From NCBI RefSeq assembly GCF_004010195.1, contig NC_057719.1, positions 95,300,498-95,360,609 of the forward strand: DNA of 60,112 bases. The letters run 5' to 3'. The notes under the pieces are model-generated. The model ran no database searches, was not told the DNA's origin, and saw nothing but the letters and a program-made list of their open reading frames with translations. This DNA is from Chiloscyllium plagiosum (lineage: Eukaryota). A program made the position numbers and the translations under genes. Positions 1 to 13,793 of this stretch are shown in pieces (the first letter of the stretch is position 1; the number at the start of each line of letters is the position of its first letter).

Positions 1-490
1 GGTTCACAAAGTCAATTCCTGGAATGGCAGGACTACCTTACGCTGAAAGACTGGAGCGACTGGGCTTGTATACCCTTGAGTTTAGAAGACTGAGAGGGGA
101 TCTGATTGAGACATATAAGATTATTAAAGGATTGGACACTCTGGAGGCAGGAAACATGTTTCCGCTGATGGGTGAGTGCCGAACCAGAGGACACAGCTTA
201 AAAATACGGGGTAGACCTTTTAGGACAGAGATGAGGAGAAACGTCTTCACCCAGAGAGTGGTGGCTGTGTGGAATGCTCTGCCCCAGAGGGCAGTGGAGG
301 CCCAGTCTCTGGATTCATTTAATAAAGAGTTGGATAGAGCTCTCAAAGATAGTGGAATCAAGGGTCATGGAGATAAGGCAGGAACAAGATACTGATTGAG
401 GATGATCAGCCATGATCATATTGAATGGTGGTGCAGGCTCGAAGGGCTGAATGGCCTACTCCTGCACCTATTGTCTATTGTCTATTGTCA
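1..490 (+). mobile_element. CR1-clade LINE 3' end (ORF2 C-terminus, 3'UTR and microsatellite tail)
   Basis: ORF 24-395 reads LEFRRLRGDLIETYKI...RTRGH...FTQRVV.VWNALP, the typical CR1 ORF2 C-terminus. It ends in a (ctattgt)3 tail at about 468-489. Confidence 0.92.
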
Positions 491-699
491 GTTTGTTGTC
501 TGCAGCACATTCCTGTGACCCTGAAATCCTGTCCCTATCCTCCGTACTATCATCCTCCTGTGCACTGCAACTACACCTCAGGTTCCCAACCCTCTGCTGA
601 GCTAGTTTAAACCCACCTGAATAGCACCAGCAAATTTCCCACCCAGGATATTAGTACCCTGTTGTGGTTCTGTTCGCCGAGCTGGGAAATTGTTTTGCA

Positions 700-733
700 G
701 ACGTTTCGTCCCCTGTCTAGGTGACATCCTCAG
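700..733 (-). ncRNA. Minimal hammerhead ribozyme, family A
   Basis: Minus strand reads gca CUGAGGA u gucaccu-agac-aggggac GAAAC GUC ugc. Core, stem II and stem I (gca/ugc) are all present. Confidence 0.8.
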
Positions 734-824
734 TGCTTGGGAGCCAACCGGAAGCGGCAGATTCAAACCACTATAAATGCCGGAGGAAAGATCACAGAAG
801 CGCTTCACAGGAGGCTCCCAAGCA

Positions 825-858
825 CTGAGGATGTCACCTAGACAGGGGACGAAATGTC
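825..858 (+). ncRNA. Minimal hammerhead ribozyme, family A (C-to-U variant in stem III)
   Basis: gca CTGAGGA tgtcacctagacaggggac GAAAT GTC tgc. Confidence 0.7.
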
Positions 859-1840
859 TGCAACACAAATTCCCAGCTCGGCGAACAGAACCACAACAAC
901 GAGCACCCGACCTACAAATCTTCTCACAAACTTTGAATATTAGTACCCTTCTGGTTCATGAAGACCGTCCTGTTTGTACAGGTCCCACCTTCCCCAGAAT
1001 GAGTCTCAATTATCCAAGAACCTGAAACCCTCCCTCCTGCACCATCCTTGCAGCCACATATTCAGCTGATATCTCTCCCTATTCTTTGCCTCACTATCAC
1101 GTGGCACGGGTAACAAACCTGAGATAACAACTCTTGTTTGTTCTAGCTTTTAGCTTCCACCCTAGCTCCCTGAAATCCTGCCTTACATCCCTATCCCTCT
1201 TTCTACCTATGTCGTTGGTACCTACATGGACAACGACTTGAGGCTGGTCACCCTCTCCCTTCAGGACCCCAAAGATACGATCTGAGACATCTCTGACCCT
1301 GGCACCTGGGAGGCAACACACCAACCGCGAGTCTCGTTCGTTCCCAACAAACCTTCTATCTGAGCCTCTAACTACTGAGTCCTCAATGACTAACACTCTT
1401 CTCCTTTCTCTCCTTCCCTTCTGTGCAACAGGGACAGGCTCTGTGCCAGACACCTAGGCCCCACTGCATACCTATGGTAAGTCATCCCCCTCAACAGTAT
1501 CCAAAACGGACAGAAGACACTGATTTATATAGCAAGACGGAAATAAAAAGAAGTGCCTCCTTTCCCAGAAATCTCTGCTCTCTGATTTCAAATATAAAAG
1601 CACAAATCAGTGACTCACTGCTCCCGGCAGGCCCCTGCTCCAAGCTCCCACCCTTCGAGTTGCTGCTGCCGCTGGAAAACAGAAAATGTTAAGTCCTGAT
1701 GTAATGTTGAGCTGGATTGTACACTGAAGGTAGGCTCTCCAAACTGATCTTTTTGTTCTTTGTGCAACTCCCAAAACTATTACTCAAACCTGATCTCTGG
1801 CTTGTCCTCCATCACCATTTGCCAATCTGTGGCTCTCCAG

Positions 1841-2641
1841 TAAGATGGCGGTGGAGTAGGGCTTCTGAGCCTGGTGTTTATTTGCTCTGTCTGCTTTTTT
1901 TTCCACTTTTTTTCCCTCTTTTTTTTTCTCTATTCTATTTTACCTACCTTTTAGTGAAGAGCCTGATCATGGTGACAGTGTCGGTGACAGTGAGTGAGCC
2001 CAGCAGCCCAGGCTCAAGTATGCCCAGCAACACAGACTTGTAGCAGTGACATTGGAAGCGGGTTTGGGTTCCTAGGACCCCCATCATTGAGGTGGTCCTA
2101 GCGCTGCCCCTTGGCTGTTGCAGCAGAGGTGTGTTTGGGTTCCTGGCAGAATCTGCTTCCAGTACAGATTCATGGCAGTGGAGGCGGGTTTGGGCTCAGT
2201 ATGAGACCTGGCAGAATCACAGTGGCTGCATCGATGAGGTGTGCCCAACGTAGACTCACAGCAGTAGCAGAGTCGTGTTTGGGCCATTTCAGTACCCAGC
2301 AAGAGTGGCATCTGCATTGGTGAGGTCCAGCAGGGACTCATAGTGCTAAGGGTATCGATGGAGGTGAGATGGCGCTGAAGTGTGGCAACTTTTGTTCCAG
2401 TGGTGGCAGTGTGGCAAAGGGGACTCGTGCCTGGTCACCAGCCCATTACAGTGCATTTAACAAGAAGGACTGTAAAATTGAACACTTTCTTTATTTCTTT
2501 GATTTTCTGCCTTCATGTTCTATGGTTTTGTTTATTTTCCTGTATTTTAAGATGGCGCCGGACAGTGGTGACACTATACAACACCTTTCACTGTATTTTG
2601 TAGTAAGATACATGTGACAATTAATAAATCAAATCAAATCA
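1841..2641 (+). mobile_element. Non-autonomous retroelement with a Rex1/Babar-like tail
   Basis: Starts at aagatggcgg, has a GC-rich body and ends in tttcactgta...gtgacaattaataaatcaaatcaaatca. This tail resembles the Rex tail at 23080-23130 and a related copy at 30980-31235. Confidence 0.45.
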
Positions 2642-2949
2642 CCTCTTGCCCTTTCTCTTGGCTATTGAACCAGTTTTTGTATTTCCCTTTGGACTTTACT
2701 GTTCATATAAAAAAATTCAGTCTTTAAACAGTTATTTGATCCTTCTGGCCAGTGCATCACTCTGGATGGTTTATAATCCCTGGCAAGATTGCCCTTTTTT
2801 GTGCAACAGAAAATGCTTTGGTAATTAACTCTTAAATCCTATTCCTCTGATTTGAACTTGCAGAATACCTCGGTATGATATGTACAGCATCCTTCAGTAT
2901 TACCATCTTCTCTCATGTTCAGTATTTGAAAATTCCTGAATGCATTCCT

Positions 2950-4700
2950 ATTGGGAGAGCTGTGTTTTTACAATCTGATTCTCCTGTTTTATTAGAATCT
3001 TCCCATCACGTCCAATAACTTTTTGCACAGACCTCTCCATTACCTTTGCCCTTGTTATGAAGAATCTGGGTCACCAGAACAAATCTCTGCTGGATGTATT
3101 TCATCATCATATCTTAATCCTCTTGATTTCTGAAGCTTTGGCTTTGATAAGTGCTTTTCTACCAGAATGTAGCAGAAAAACATGGAGCTAGTAACCATTC
3201 CCCCTGCAGCCTGAGAATTACTGTATGGTTTGAATGGCTGTTTTGGATTACAGTCATTTACCAACTAGAATGAATGACCACTATACTCAAGTTCTCACAT
3301 GACTCTACACTCCTCATTTGCAAATTTTCCTCTTGTCTGATTGAAGTTTCGTTGGCATTCCAAGGTCTATGCCAATCCATTTTTCTATAATCGTATCTGC
3401 TGTTGTCTGTTTGTGCTTGTTGTTTTTTTTTAACCATCGATATGGTTATTCAGGTCAGCATCTCCACAAAATGTTGGAGGTTTTCAATCTTCATCCCTAT
3501 TCAGGTCGAGAGTCACCAATTTCTTAAATTCCTAGGTTAATGGGACACCTATGTTTGGGCACAGTGGTGTCTGCTGTTATTTCATAAATATATGACATTG
3601 GGGTTGACTTATCCACAACTCCAGCAGTCTTCAGCAGTAGCAAAATTTGTCTATATAACTTCCAGATAATATGCTTTTTTAGCCAGACACTTTATTCGTA
3701 AGATCTTCATGAACATTTCATTGAGCAATATTTGGTGTTCCACAACAGAATAGAATATGTTTCTTGACCCAGTGCAACTTTACAATATGCAACTTTACCA
3801 AATACCAATGCTTGGTCATTCTTTGTTCAACTTCATTTTTGCTTTCCTTAAAGAATTACTCAGCAGAAATATGATATCACTTGGTGCTAAATTGATGATG
3901 AAATGATACATTCCTTCTGTTCATATTGATAGGGCTACTCTTTAAATACATTAAATTTATTATCATTTCTAAACCTAAAGCAAGTGGTGCTTTCAATTTA
4001 TTAGCTTTATATTTTTCTCTCTTGTTTCCAAACAACAGTTTAACAATTAATCATACAAGATTGAGATGCAGCCACTGAATGGTTCAGTTTTAAGTTTCCT
4101 CCAAATAATACAATTTTATTATTTATTAAAATCAGTAGGTTCTTCCATGTCATGAGTTTCTTCAAGTATTCCAAATTTTCAGACAATTCATTGCATAGAC
4201 TCATGGTGACAATACTCACTAATAATTTTCTCTGCATTTGTAATATTCATTCACTTTTAACTTCCAGCAACATTTTGACATGATTCACAAATCTGTGACC
4301 TGTTGGTCTTATCTCACATTGTCTTTCAACCACACAGTCTTTGTACAGACATCTGACATGAGGCCATCAGTAGTCTGGGAAGTGAGACAGCATGGGGCAC
4401 CCCATTCCCTCTGCAGCATTTGAATTTGTGACATGAAAGTAGCTGAATAATTATTTTCCAAAAAGTTTATTTCAGGACAGCAGTCATTTGTCCAAAACAA
4501 GAATTCTTCCATAAGATTGAACCCTTGTCAAAACCAAATATGTCTCCATGGACAGCATTTGCACACAATCTAATTCATTGGATCCCAAACAACTTGGGAA
4601 TTTCTAGATACTTTTTGTCTGCTATATACCCAACAACATTCATTGGATTTATTCTTGCATGGACAGGCTCTTAAATGCATCAAAGTCAACCATACATCAA
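2950..4700 (-). mobile_element. Highly decayed Copia-type (GalEa-like) LTR retrotransposon pol relic, protease followed by integrase
   Basis: Hand translation of the minus strand, with stops and frameshifts, gives in order: protease-like SDVCTKTVW (about 4330-4360), then KLYRQ..LLKTAGVVD, TPLCPNIGVPL..F..LVTLDL, HFVEMLT, IIEKWIG..LG.P.KLQSD, FANEE...M, LLHSGRKALIKA..SE and KVIGRDGK. Confidence 0.55.
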
Positions 4701-5039
4701 AGATTTCCAATAATGTAGATTTTCTAAATATTGCCTTCATAATTATCTATTCTGTCTGCAAGCTAATTTTGTGTTTCATGTACAGAAACACCAAGATCTC
4801 TGTAAACTGCACTGCATATTTTGGAGACTCACTCTATTTTAATAACTGTCCACCTTTCGATTCTTCTTGTCAAAGTGCATGTCCTCACATTTTCCTACTT
4901 TTTGCACTCACTAACACCATCAATATTCCCTTGGAGATTCTTTATGTCTTCATCACAACATGCCCTCCCACATATTTTTATATCATCAGATAAGTTGGAT
5001 ACATTACTCCCTGCCTCATCCCATTGTTGTGATTCACTA

Positions 5040-8000
5040 ACAACATAGGTAAGGCGAGGAAGGAGGACCTGTTTGGGGAGTATCAAGCACTAGGAAGGAA
5101 ATTGAAGAACAGGTCCTCGAGGGTCATAATCTCTGGAATACTGCCCAAGCCACGTCCTAATTGGAAAAGGGATAAGAAAATTAGGGAAGTAAACATGAGA
5201 CTAAGAGAGGAGTGTGGGAAAGAGGGATTCCATTTCATGGGACATTGGCATCAGTTTTGGAACTGGGGGGATCTGTACCGATAGGACGGTCTCCACCTGA
5301 ACCGATCTGGAACCAGTGTTCTGGCGAAAAGGATAAACAGGATGGTCACTAGGACTTTAAACTTGAATCAGGGGAAGGGGAAAGGAAAAATGACAGGGAG
5401 TATGGAGTCAAGTAGGAAGATAAGCAGCAGCTTAGCATGTGTGCAGGGTTTAAGTTCAAGGCAGACTAGGAATGAAGCAAAAAGGAAGGATAACTTAGGA
5501 CATGCTACTAGAGATGATGGAAATCATGAGGATAAGGAAATTAGCATTAAGGTGCTTTACCTGAATGCTTGTAGTGTTCGTAACAAAGTTGTGAATGATT
5601 ATGATGTGGTAGGCATCACAGAGACATGATTACAGGGGGTTCAGGGCTGGCAGTTAAACATCCAAGGGTTTACAACTTATCGAAAAGACAGGAAGGTGGG
5701 CAGAGGGGGCGGGGTTGCCTTGTTAAGAATGAAATTAAATCTATGACACTGAATGACATAGGGTCAGATGATGTGGAGTTTGTGTGGGTGCAGTTAAGAA
5801 ACCACAAAGGCAAAAAACCCATAATGGGAGTCATGTCCAGACTTCCTAACAGTGGTCAGGACCAGGGGGACAAGATGTACTGGGAAAGAGATAGGGCATG
5901 TCAGGAAGGCAAGGTCACAGTGATCTGAGGGACTTCAATATGCAAATGGACTGGGTGAATAATGTTGCCAGTGGATCCAAAGAAACAGAATTCATGGAAT
6001 GCTTACAGGATGGCTTTTTGGAACAGCTTATGATGGAGCCCACCAGGGAGCAGGCTATTCTGGACCTAGTGCTATGTAATGAGCAGACTTTATAAAAAAT
6101 CTTAAAGTAAGGGAACACTTAGGAGGCAGTGATCATAATATGGTAGAGTTCAGTCTGCAGTTTGAAGAGAGAAAGCAAAATCGGATATTATGGTGTTACA
6201 GTTAAATAAAGGTAATTACAGGGGCATGAGAGAGGAACTGATGAAAATCTTCTGGAAGCAGAGCCTAGCGGGGAAGACAGTACAGCAACAATGTCAGGAG
6301 TTTCTGAGTGTAATTGCGGACACAGTACAGAGGTACATCCCAAAGGAAAGAAAGATTGCCCGGGGAGGGATTAGACAGCCATGGCTGACAAAGGAAGTCA
6401 GGAAATGTATCAAAGAAAAAGAGAGAGCCTATAAAGTGGCCAAGAGCACTGGGAAATCGGAAGATTGGGAAGGCTACAAAAGTAAACAGGGGATAACAAA
6501 GAGAGAAATAAGAAAGGAGAGGATCAAATATGAAGGTAAGCTAGCCAGTAATATTAGAGATGATAGTAAAAGTTTCTTTCAATACATAAGAGACAAATTA
6601 GAGGCATAAGTAGAAATTGAGTTGCTCCAAATTGATGCTGGAAGGCTAGTGATGGGAGATAAGGAAATAGCTGAAGAACTTTTAATAAATATTTTGTATC
6701 AGTCTTCACAGTGAGAGGCATGAGTAATATCCCAACAATTAAGGACAGTCAAGGGGCAGAGTTGAGTATGGTAGCCATTACAGAAGGGAAAATGCTGGAA
6801 AAGCTAAAAGGTCTAAAAATTGATAAATCTCCTGGCCCTGATGGGCTACATCCTAAAGTTCTGAGGGAGGTGGCTGAGGAAATAGTGGAGGCATTGAATG
6901 TGATCTTTCAAAAATCACTGGAATCAGGGAATCTCCCAGATGATTGGAAAATTGCTGTTGTAACCCCTTGTTCAAGAAAGGATCAAGACAAAAGATTGAA
7001 AATTTTAGGCCAATTAGCCTAACCTCAGTTATAGGTAAAATTTTTAAATCCATTGTTAAGGATGAAATTCTAAATTCTTGGAAGTGCATGGTTGGATTAG
7101 AAGAAGTCAGCATGGATTTAGTAAGGGTAGATCGTGCCAGACAAACCTGTTAGAATTCTTTGAAGAGATAACATGTAGGTTAGGCCAGGGGAACCCAGTG
7201 GGTGTTATCTATCTAGACTTCCAAAAGGCCTGTGATAAGGTCCCTCACAGGAGGCTGCTGAGTAAGGTGGGGGTCCATGTTGTTTGAGGTGAGCTACTGG
7301 CATGGATTGAGAATTGGCTGTCTGACAGAAGGCAAAGAGTTGGGATAAAAGGTTCTTTTTTGGAATGGCAGCCCAAGTGTGGTGTCCCGCAGGGTTCAGT
7401 GTTGGGGCTGCAGCTGTTAACTTTATATATAAATGATCTGGATGAAGGGACTGGGGGCATTCTGGTGAAGTTTGTCAATGATAAAAAGTTAGGTGGCCAG
7501 GCAGGTAGTACTGAGGAGGTGGAGAGGATGCAGAAAGATTTAGACAGTTTAGGAGAGTGGTCCAGAAAATGGCTGATGGAATTCAACATGAGCAAATGTG
7601 AGGTCTTGCACTTTGGAAAAAAGAATACAGACATGGATTATTTTCTAAACAGTGAGAACATTCATAAAGCCAAAGTACAAAGGGATCTGGGAGTGCACGT
7701 CCAGGATTCTCTAAAGGTTAACTTGCAGGATGAGTCCGTAATTAAGAAAGCAAATGTAATGTTGTCATTTATCTCAAGAGGGTTGGAATATAAAAGCACC
7801 GTTGTGTTACTGAGACTTTACAACACTCTATTTAGGCCCAATTTAGAATACTGTATCCAATTTTGGGCCCCACACCTCAGGAAGGACACACTGGTACTGG
7901 AGCGTGTCCAGTGGAGATTTACACGGATGATCCCTGGAATGGTAGGCCTAACATACAATAAACAACGATGTATCCTGGGACTTTATTACTTGGAGTTTAG

Positions 8001-8395
8001 AAGGTTGAGGGGAGATCTAATAGAAACCTACAGGATTATATATGGCTTAAGAAAGGGTGGACGCTGGGAATTTGTTTTCGTTAAGCAGGGAGACTAGGAC
8101 CCGTGGGCACAACCTTAGAATTAGAGGGGGTCAATTTAGAACAGAAATTAGGAGATATTTCTTCAGCCAGAGAGTGGTGGGCCTGTGGAATTCCTTGCCG
8201 CAGAGTGCAGTGGAGGCTGGGACACTAAATGTCTTCAAGGCAGAGATTGATAAATTCTTGTGTCACAAGGAATTAAGGGCTACGGGGAGAATGTGGGTAA
8301 GTGGAGTTGAAATGCCATCAGCCATGATTGAATGGCGGAATGGACTTGATGGGCCGAATGACCTTACTTCCACTCCTATGTCCTGTGGTCTTATC
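5040..8395 (+). mobile_element. Long CR1 LINE copy (ORF1 end plus ORF2 APE endonuclease and RT), pseudogenised
   Basis: Consecutive ORF fragments: SGNH end (DGLHLN), APE (LYLNACS, GITET, DFN, LDLVLCN, SDH), RT (KSPGPDGLHP, NFRPISLTSV, QHGF, YLDFQKA, GVPQGSVLG) and C-terminus (RRLRGDLIE, RTRGH, WNSLP). Multiple frameshifts and stops. Confidence 0.95.
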
Positions 8396-8805
8396 TTCCA
8401 AGACATTAATATTGATGGTAAATAATTGAGATCTGAAGACTGATTCTTGCAACACTCTACTACCTCTGTCTTTACACCTTGAAAAGCAACCATTTCTCCT
8501 GATTCTCTGCTCATCTGTGTGTTAACTAATCTTCAAAAAATGCAAATACATAACCCACATTGTCATGAGCTCCTGTTTTGTGCAACAATATTTTATGTGG
8601 AAAATTATCAAATACCTTCTCAAATCCAAATATTCTCCTTTTATGATCAATTTTCTCCTTCAAATAACTTTTTAATCAGACAATTTTAGTTCCAAAAACA
8701 ATTCTCAATCCTCTGGCCTAATGCTAGTTGTTGCTGCTTCATGTGCCTTGGTTTTTAATTGGATACTCTTTGACTGCTTTTGTTAACTGCAGAGTCACCA
8801 GAACC

Positions 8806-8905
8806 AAAATGTTAACTCCACTTTCTCTCTTTACAGATGCTGCTGATTTGTTGAGTTTCTCCAGCAATTTCTGCTTTTTTTTTGTTTTCAGACTTCCAGT
8901 ATCCC
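8806..8905 (+). mobile_element. PLE family D terminal-repeat fragment (ribozyme core missing)
   Basis: aatgttaactcc...acagatgctgctgatttgttgagtttctccagcaatttctg matches the reverse complement of 44789-44890. Similar fragments lie at 28621-28730 and 47058-47146. Confidence 0.6.
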
Positions 8906-11900
8906 AGCTCATGGATTGCCCCAGGATGTTTCCTTGCTCTCAAAGTTGTCACACACTCTGAGTCTACCTCAGTGCTAACAGCATCCCTGCCTTGTATAAC
9001 CTTGCTTTTTTTTGCACTTTTCCTTCTCAGCCCAAGATACCAGGCTTATAATAAGGGCTTGGTGTGCCAATTAGTGCAGACAGAAAGCCAGGAAGCTAGT
9101 CACAGTTATCAACAGGCCTCAGTCAAGTTGAGGGGGATAACCTTCACTCCAAGATTCCCAGCACTGTAAGGTGAGGGCAGGCTCTGATGCCATGCCCAGC
9201 TCAGCTGGTCAGGGTCAGTATTTCCTCTACATAAGGAATGAGAAGCAGAGGTTGAGCAGCACCCTACCCCCCAACCCCATTCATTCTGACTATTGTTACA
9301 TTCACATGAACTGTACTCCTCTTAGAATGAGCAAGAGGCAGGGATTATGGGAAATGTAAGTAGGTGACACAGCTGTTGCTGTTGGTTGAGGTGGCGAGAT
9401 GTCCTGAGTGAGTGAGTGGGGAGTGCAGAGGGCATACAGGGTTAGTGGAGTAAGGATTGGGGAGGCCAGAGTGATTGAGGGAGGATGTTGCTGGTGCAAG
9501 TCAGTGTGGTAGAGCATGAACTTTTGAGGTGGGTCCAGTTGCAGAGATAGAATGAGTATGAGATAGCAGAGGAAAGATGGTGGACATTTCCCTGGTGGAG
9601 GGGAGAAGGTCATTAGGTACAGGGCATTCCTCCAGATGCTTTAACCCAGAGGCATGGACTGGTGGTGTAACCTCCAATGCTAGCTTCATTTTTAACTACT
9701 GTAGTCATTTCCCCAAATAACTAATAAAGAGATTTATCAAGGGATAATTCCTGTTGTAAAATCTTCAGCAGATAAAGGCTAAACACAGAGAACATCTTTT
9801 GCAGAAAATGTTGACCTGTGTACGGATGCATCAAGACTGTGCTGAAAAAGGCACTGTATAAACTGTCCTTTGTTATCAAGTTAGGATTTGATGTTCCAGA
9901 TGTTCCATTCCCAAACGTTTACATTTATGCCAATAAACTCATTTTCTCTGAAATAGTAACATTCTGTTGCAAAAATGTTCCACTGTACCTTTGAACTCCA
10001 TAACATCTCTCTTCGCGAATTTGTTTTATTTGTCTCTCCATATTGGCATGCGGTTGTTCATAATATTTAGCTGTGTGTCCTTGTGGTACCATGGTGTATT
10101 AACTTCCCACTGTGATTTTGTAAATTTATTTTGTCTTTGTACCATCAACTTTCCAACTACTGAAACTCTCTGCATTTTGTTCTACAATCCTCTAGTTCAA
10201 CATCAATTTTGAGAAACTTATTCAAAAGTGTCAGTCTCTAATCATGTTTATTTTTTATAGCTATTGGACAATTTTCCCTCGCTGATATTTATTTCATCAT
10301 CCATTCTCTCCAGTGCTCTTTAGGAAGTGACTCATGCTTGGTTCACGTAACTTAATTTTTTTTTAAGGAAGGTTCTGCAATACAATGATTTGCACAGTAG
10401 CAAAACTGCTGAGGTGCCACGTGTGACACATGTGAAGTAAGTGTTTTTGGATGATGTTGTTCCAGGAAACATGCCTCCCCAAAAAACCACTCTCTGCCAC
10501 TTTTAAAGATAAATGTCCCAATTGGAAAATTAACTTCTTTTACTTAAATCACCAGCCAACATTTTCTTTGAAGCCCTTTTTATGAGAACATGCTGCTAAA
10601 TTTCTACCATCTGCAATTGAATCTATTTTGGCATTACCCAGACTAAGGTGATTTCCTCTGGGAGTGTATTATTGAGCTGGAGGTGGCCAAAGGAATTGCT
10701 TTGGCTGCCTGATAAGGTCACTGGGAGATTTGATCAATTATTGTGATCTGGCTGAATTGAACTTCTTGTAGCATGTCAATGATTGGTAGTTTGGGAATTC
10801 TAGTGAGAGACTACCCCCCCTCCCACTTAATGGAAAGTTGTACATTTTAAAGGTTGGAGTGAATGATCATGGGCAGGGTGGTGTTGACCACAACTTTCCT
10901 CTCTGTCCAATTATTTGATGTTGCCATGGAGCATGTGAAGAAAGGAAGTTCTTTTCCACTCCAAGCATTTTGCTGTCAAAGCAATCAGCAGAAAAAGAAG
11001 TTGGATTGCTAAGCAGATTAAAGTCATTTGGATCATTCCAAGGAAAATGACTTCAGTCCACGGGTGAACTACCTCACTGTACAAATCAGGCAACCAACCT
11101 CAACCCCCAGCACAGGTCTGCCACATTGAGGGAAATGCCAACTGACTGACATTGAGGACCTGGTATGGACCCAGTGAATATTCTGCAGGGATTTTCCCCT
11201 TGATCTTTAGTGCCCTGAATATTCACTTTGCTTTTACTTTTCTGACCAAGGTTTAAGAGCCAACTGCTTGATGAATGCACACTGTAGTGTTGCTGTAACT
11301 TCAGAACAATCAACCCCATTTATGGCCCTGGAAGCATCAGGAAGCTGTCCACCTTCTTTGATTGAACACTGGGCCTTCAGGTACCGTTCAGAAACCTGTA
11401 TGTGCCAAAGTAGCAAAGGTGATCCCACTGATGCCAACTGTGGGGGATGGGACTCAACACCTCACCACAACCCCACCCCCACCCCTGGGAGGATGTGGCC
11501 AATGATGAATCAGCTGAGAAAGTATGGCGAGAGCTGAAAAATTAGATTCTAAGGATTGAATGGCATGGTGAGAATCTCACTAGTGAGCAGCGAGAGATTT
11601 ATTTGCATGCATCAATATCATTATCATTTAATCACATCTCATGTATATGCCAGTTGCTATTTTCCCGGACAATGAAGAGAAACGAGATGATGCCAATTCC
11701 TCCGATGAAAGTCTGAGTAGCTCCCTGGCTGCTACAGTTTGTCGAGTTCTTCACCTCAGCCAGTATTCTGCAGCAGCCCAGGGCATGTGCCACAGGCAGC
11801 CTGCATATACAGAGACGGGCATTGTCAGAACACCAGCTTCACCACATTTTCAAGGCACGCTTGTGACTCATTTATAATACAATTCTCCAATGCTGCACTC

Positions 11901-12364
11901 TAGGGCTCACTGACATCTCACATTGTAATGCTGTTGCCAGGTCACTTTGTGCAAAGGGACAGACATCGGAACAGGGAGTATCTCACATCTGATAGCTTGT
12001 TTTCTGAGTACTCACTCAATTTACACCTGGTTGGATACTCACAGCATCTCTGCCTTGCTCTGTCTGGCCTTAGAGCACAGACAGATGGTCAGGTGACCTG
12101 ACATTTCGAGCAGCAATGTCCATTCAGGAGATCTATTGTCAGTCACAGGGTGGGCCTTTGTCAGTCAGAAAAAGTGTCCACAAGAGTGAGTAGGAAGGAA
12201 GAGGGCAGGACATCTAGGGGATAGGCTGAGTAAGAGCCATTGAGGTAAGATGCAACATGCAATATTGAGCTTAGTGGGCCATGAGGCTTGGTGGGGGGTA
12301 GGTGCAGTGGCAAAGAAAAAGTGACTGTGAAGGAGCAGAAAGAAGATGGTGATTGTGGAAGATT

Positions 12365-12460
12365 ATCGAATGCAGAAGGTCATTAACCTTCTTGTGACAT
12401 TGCTGTGTATTCTGCATGATAGCAAACACTGCACTGACAAGCTGACTACTTTGGAATGAA
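12365..12460 (-). mobile_element. Myb/SANT-like motif remnant, possibly from a Harbinger-type transposon ORF
   Basis: Minus-strand translation VSAVFAIMQNTQQCHKKVNDLLHS resembles the RT..QC.KK.NDL Myb/SANT motif. The surrounding 11000-12480 region looks like decayed repeat. Confidence 0.35.
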
Positions 12461-12639
12461 CTAGGAATTTGGTGCTACCTTTCATGGTATTTGAAATGCT
12501 TCTGCATCCCTTTACAGATTATCATCTCTATTCTTATAACTTCCATGTTGTTAAGAATTATGTTGTTTTGGTTATGTTAGGTTAAGTATGTGTAGATGTT
12601 AGTTTTCAGATGTGAGTAAATCTATACTTTTTATTCTAT

Positions 12640-13793
12640 TTCCTTGATTCACCAATGGGATGAGGCCATCACTGGTTAGGCCAACATATTGTGCCCATCC
12701 CTAGTTGTATTTGAGGTGGTGGTGGTGAGCTGCCCTCTTGGACCTCAGCAGTACATTGGCTGTAGGTAGACTCAAAATGCCATTAGGGAGGGAGTTCCAG
12801 GATTTTGACCCAGTGATACTTAAGAAATGGCCATATATTTTCAAGTCAGGATGGCGAGTGTCTTGGAGGGGAACTTGCAGGGAGTGGTGTTCCCATGTAA
12901 GTGCTGCCCTTGTCCTCCTAGATGGAAGTGGTCGTGGGTTTGGAAGGTGCTGTCTGAGAATCTTTGGTGAATTTATGCAGTGCATCTTATAGATAGTACA
13001 CATGGTGTCAAGCTTCTTGAGTGTTGTTGGAGCTGCACCCATCCAGTCAAGTGGGGAGTATTCCATCACACTCCTGTCTTGTGCCTTGGAGATGGTGGAC
13101 AGGCTTTGAAGGGTTCAGGATGTAAATTAACCTTTGCAGGATTGTTAACTGCTGACTTGTTCTGATAGCCACAGCTTTTATATGCCAGTCCAGTTCAGCT
13201 TTTGGTCATGGTAATTTCTAAGATGCTGACTGTGAGGGATTCAACTACGTTAATGTCATTGAATGTGAAAAGGCAATGATCAGATTCACTCTTGCCAGAG
13301 GTAGTTACTATCTGTCACTTGTGTTCTGTGAATGCTACTTGTCACTTGTCAGTGCCTGGATATTCTCCAGTTCTTGTAACATTCGGACACCGACTGCTTT
13401 ACTAACTGAGGAGACATGAATGGTGTTGAATATTGTACAATCATATGAACATCTCTATTTTTCACCCCGAGGTGCAGGAAAGGACATTGATGAAGCAACT
13501 AAAGATGGCTGGACTGAGAACACAACCCTGAGGAACTCCTGCAGAAGTGTTCTGGAGCTGAGATGACTGATCTCCAACAACCACAACCAATTTCCTTGAT
13601 GCTAAGTATGACTCTAACCAGTCAAGGGCTTTCCCCTCATTCGAGTTGAGTCAAATTTTGATAGAGCTCCTTGATGCCTCACTCAGTTAAATGTGTCCTT
13701 GATGTCAAGGGAAGTCTCTTTCAGCTTTCCTCTTGAGTTTGGTTCTTTGGCCCATGTTTGAACCAAGGCTGTAATGAGATCAAGAACTAAGTG
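12640..13793 (-). mobile_element. Jockey/CR1-group LINE 3' portion (RT and C-terminus), distinct from the main CR1 family
   Basis: ORFs read DLITALVQTWAKE...SLDIK..F and MEYSPLDWMGAAPTTLKKLDT...SWNSLPNG. Its 3' end is shared with the SINEs at 13970, 23518 and 26135. Confidence 0.75.

Larger units (their letters stand above)
661..936. mobile_element. PLE family A (Penelope/Poseidon-like) short insert with inverted terminal-repeat copies
   Basis: 13-bp TSD atattagtaccct at 648-660 and 937-949. Bases 661-745 are the reverse complement of about 813-897. The same sequence occurs at 21449-21750, attached to a GIY-YIG C-terminus. Confidence 0.85.
491..1510 (-). mobile_element. CR1 LINE ORF1 fragment (SGNH/GDSL-esterase-like), interrupted by a PLE insert
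   Basis: ORF 1097-1453(-) has VLVIEDSVVRG, CCLPGARVRDV and VVHVGTNDIG, matching the SGNH blocks of CR1 ORF1. The sequence continues across the 661-936 insertion. Confidence 0.8.

Noticed and set aside
7360..8097. Active reverse transcriptase (245-aa ORF)
   Set aside because: The FADD motif reads FVND and the element has many frameshifts.
10368..10437. Plus-strand exon-like segment (ttttaag...gtaagt), and a similar one at 35704-35803
   Set aside because: Both are short, the peptides are unrecognised and no supported partner exons were found.
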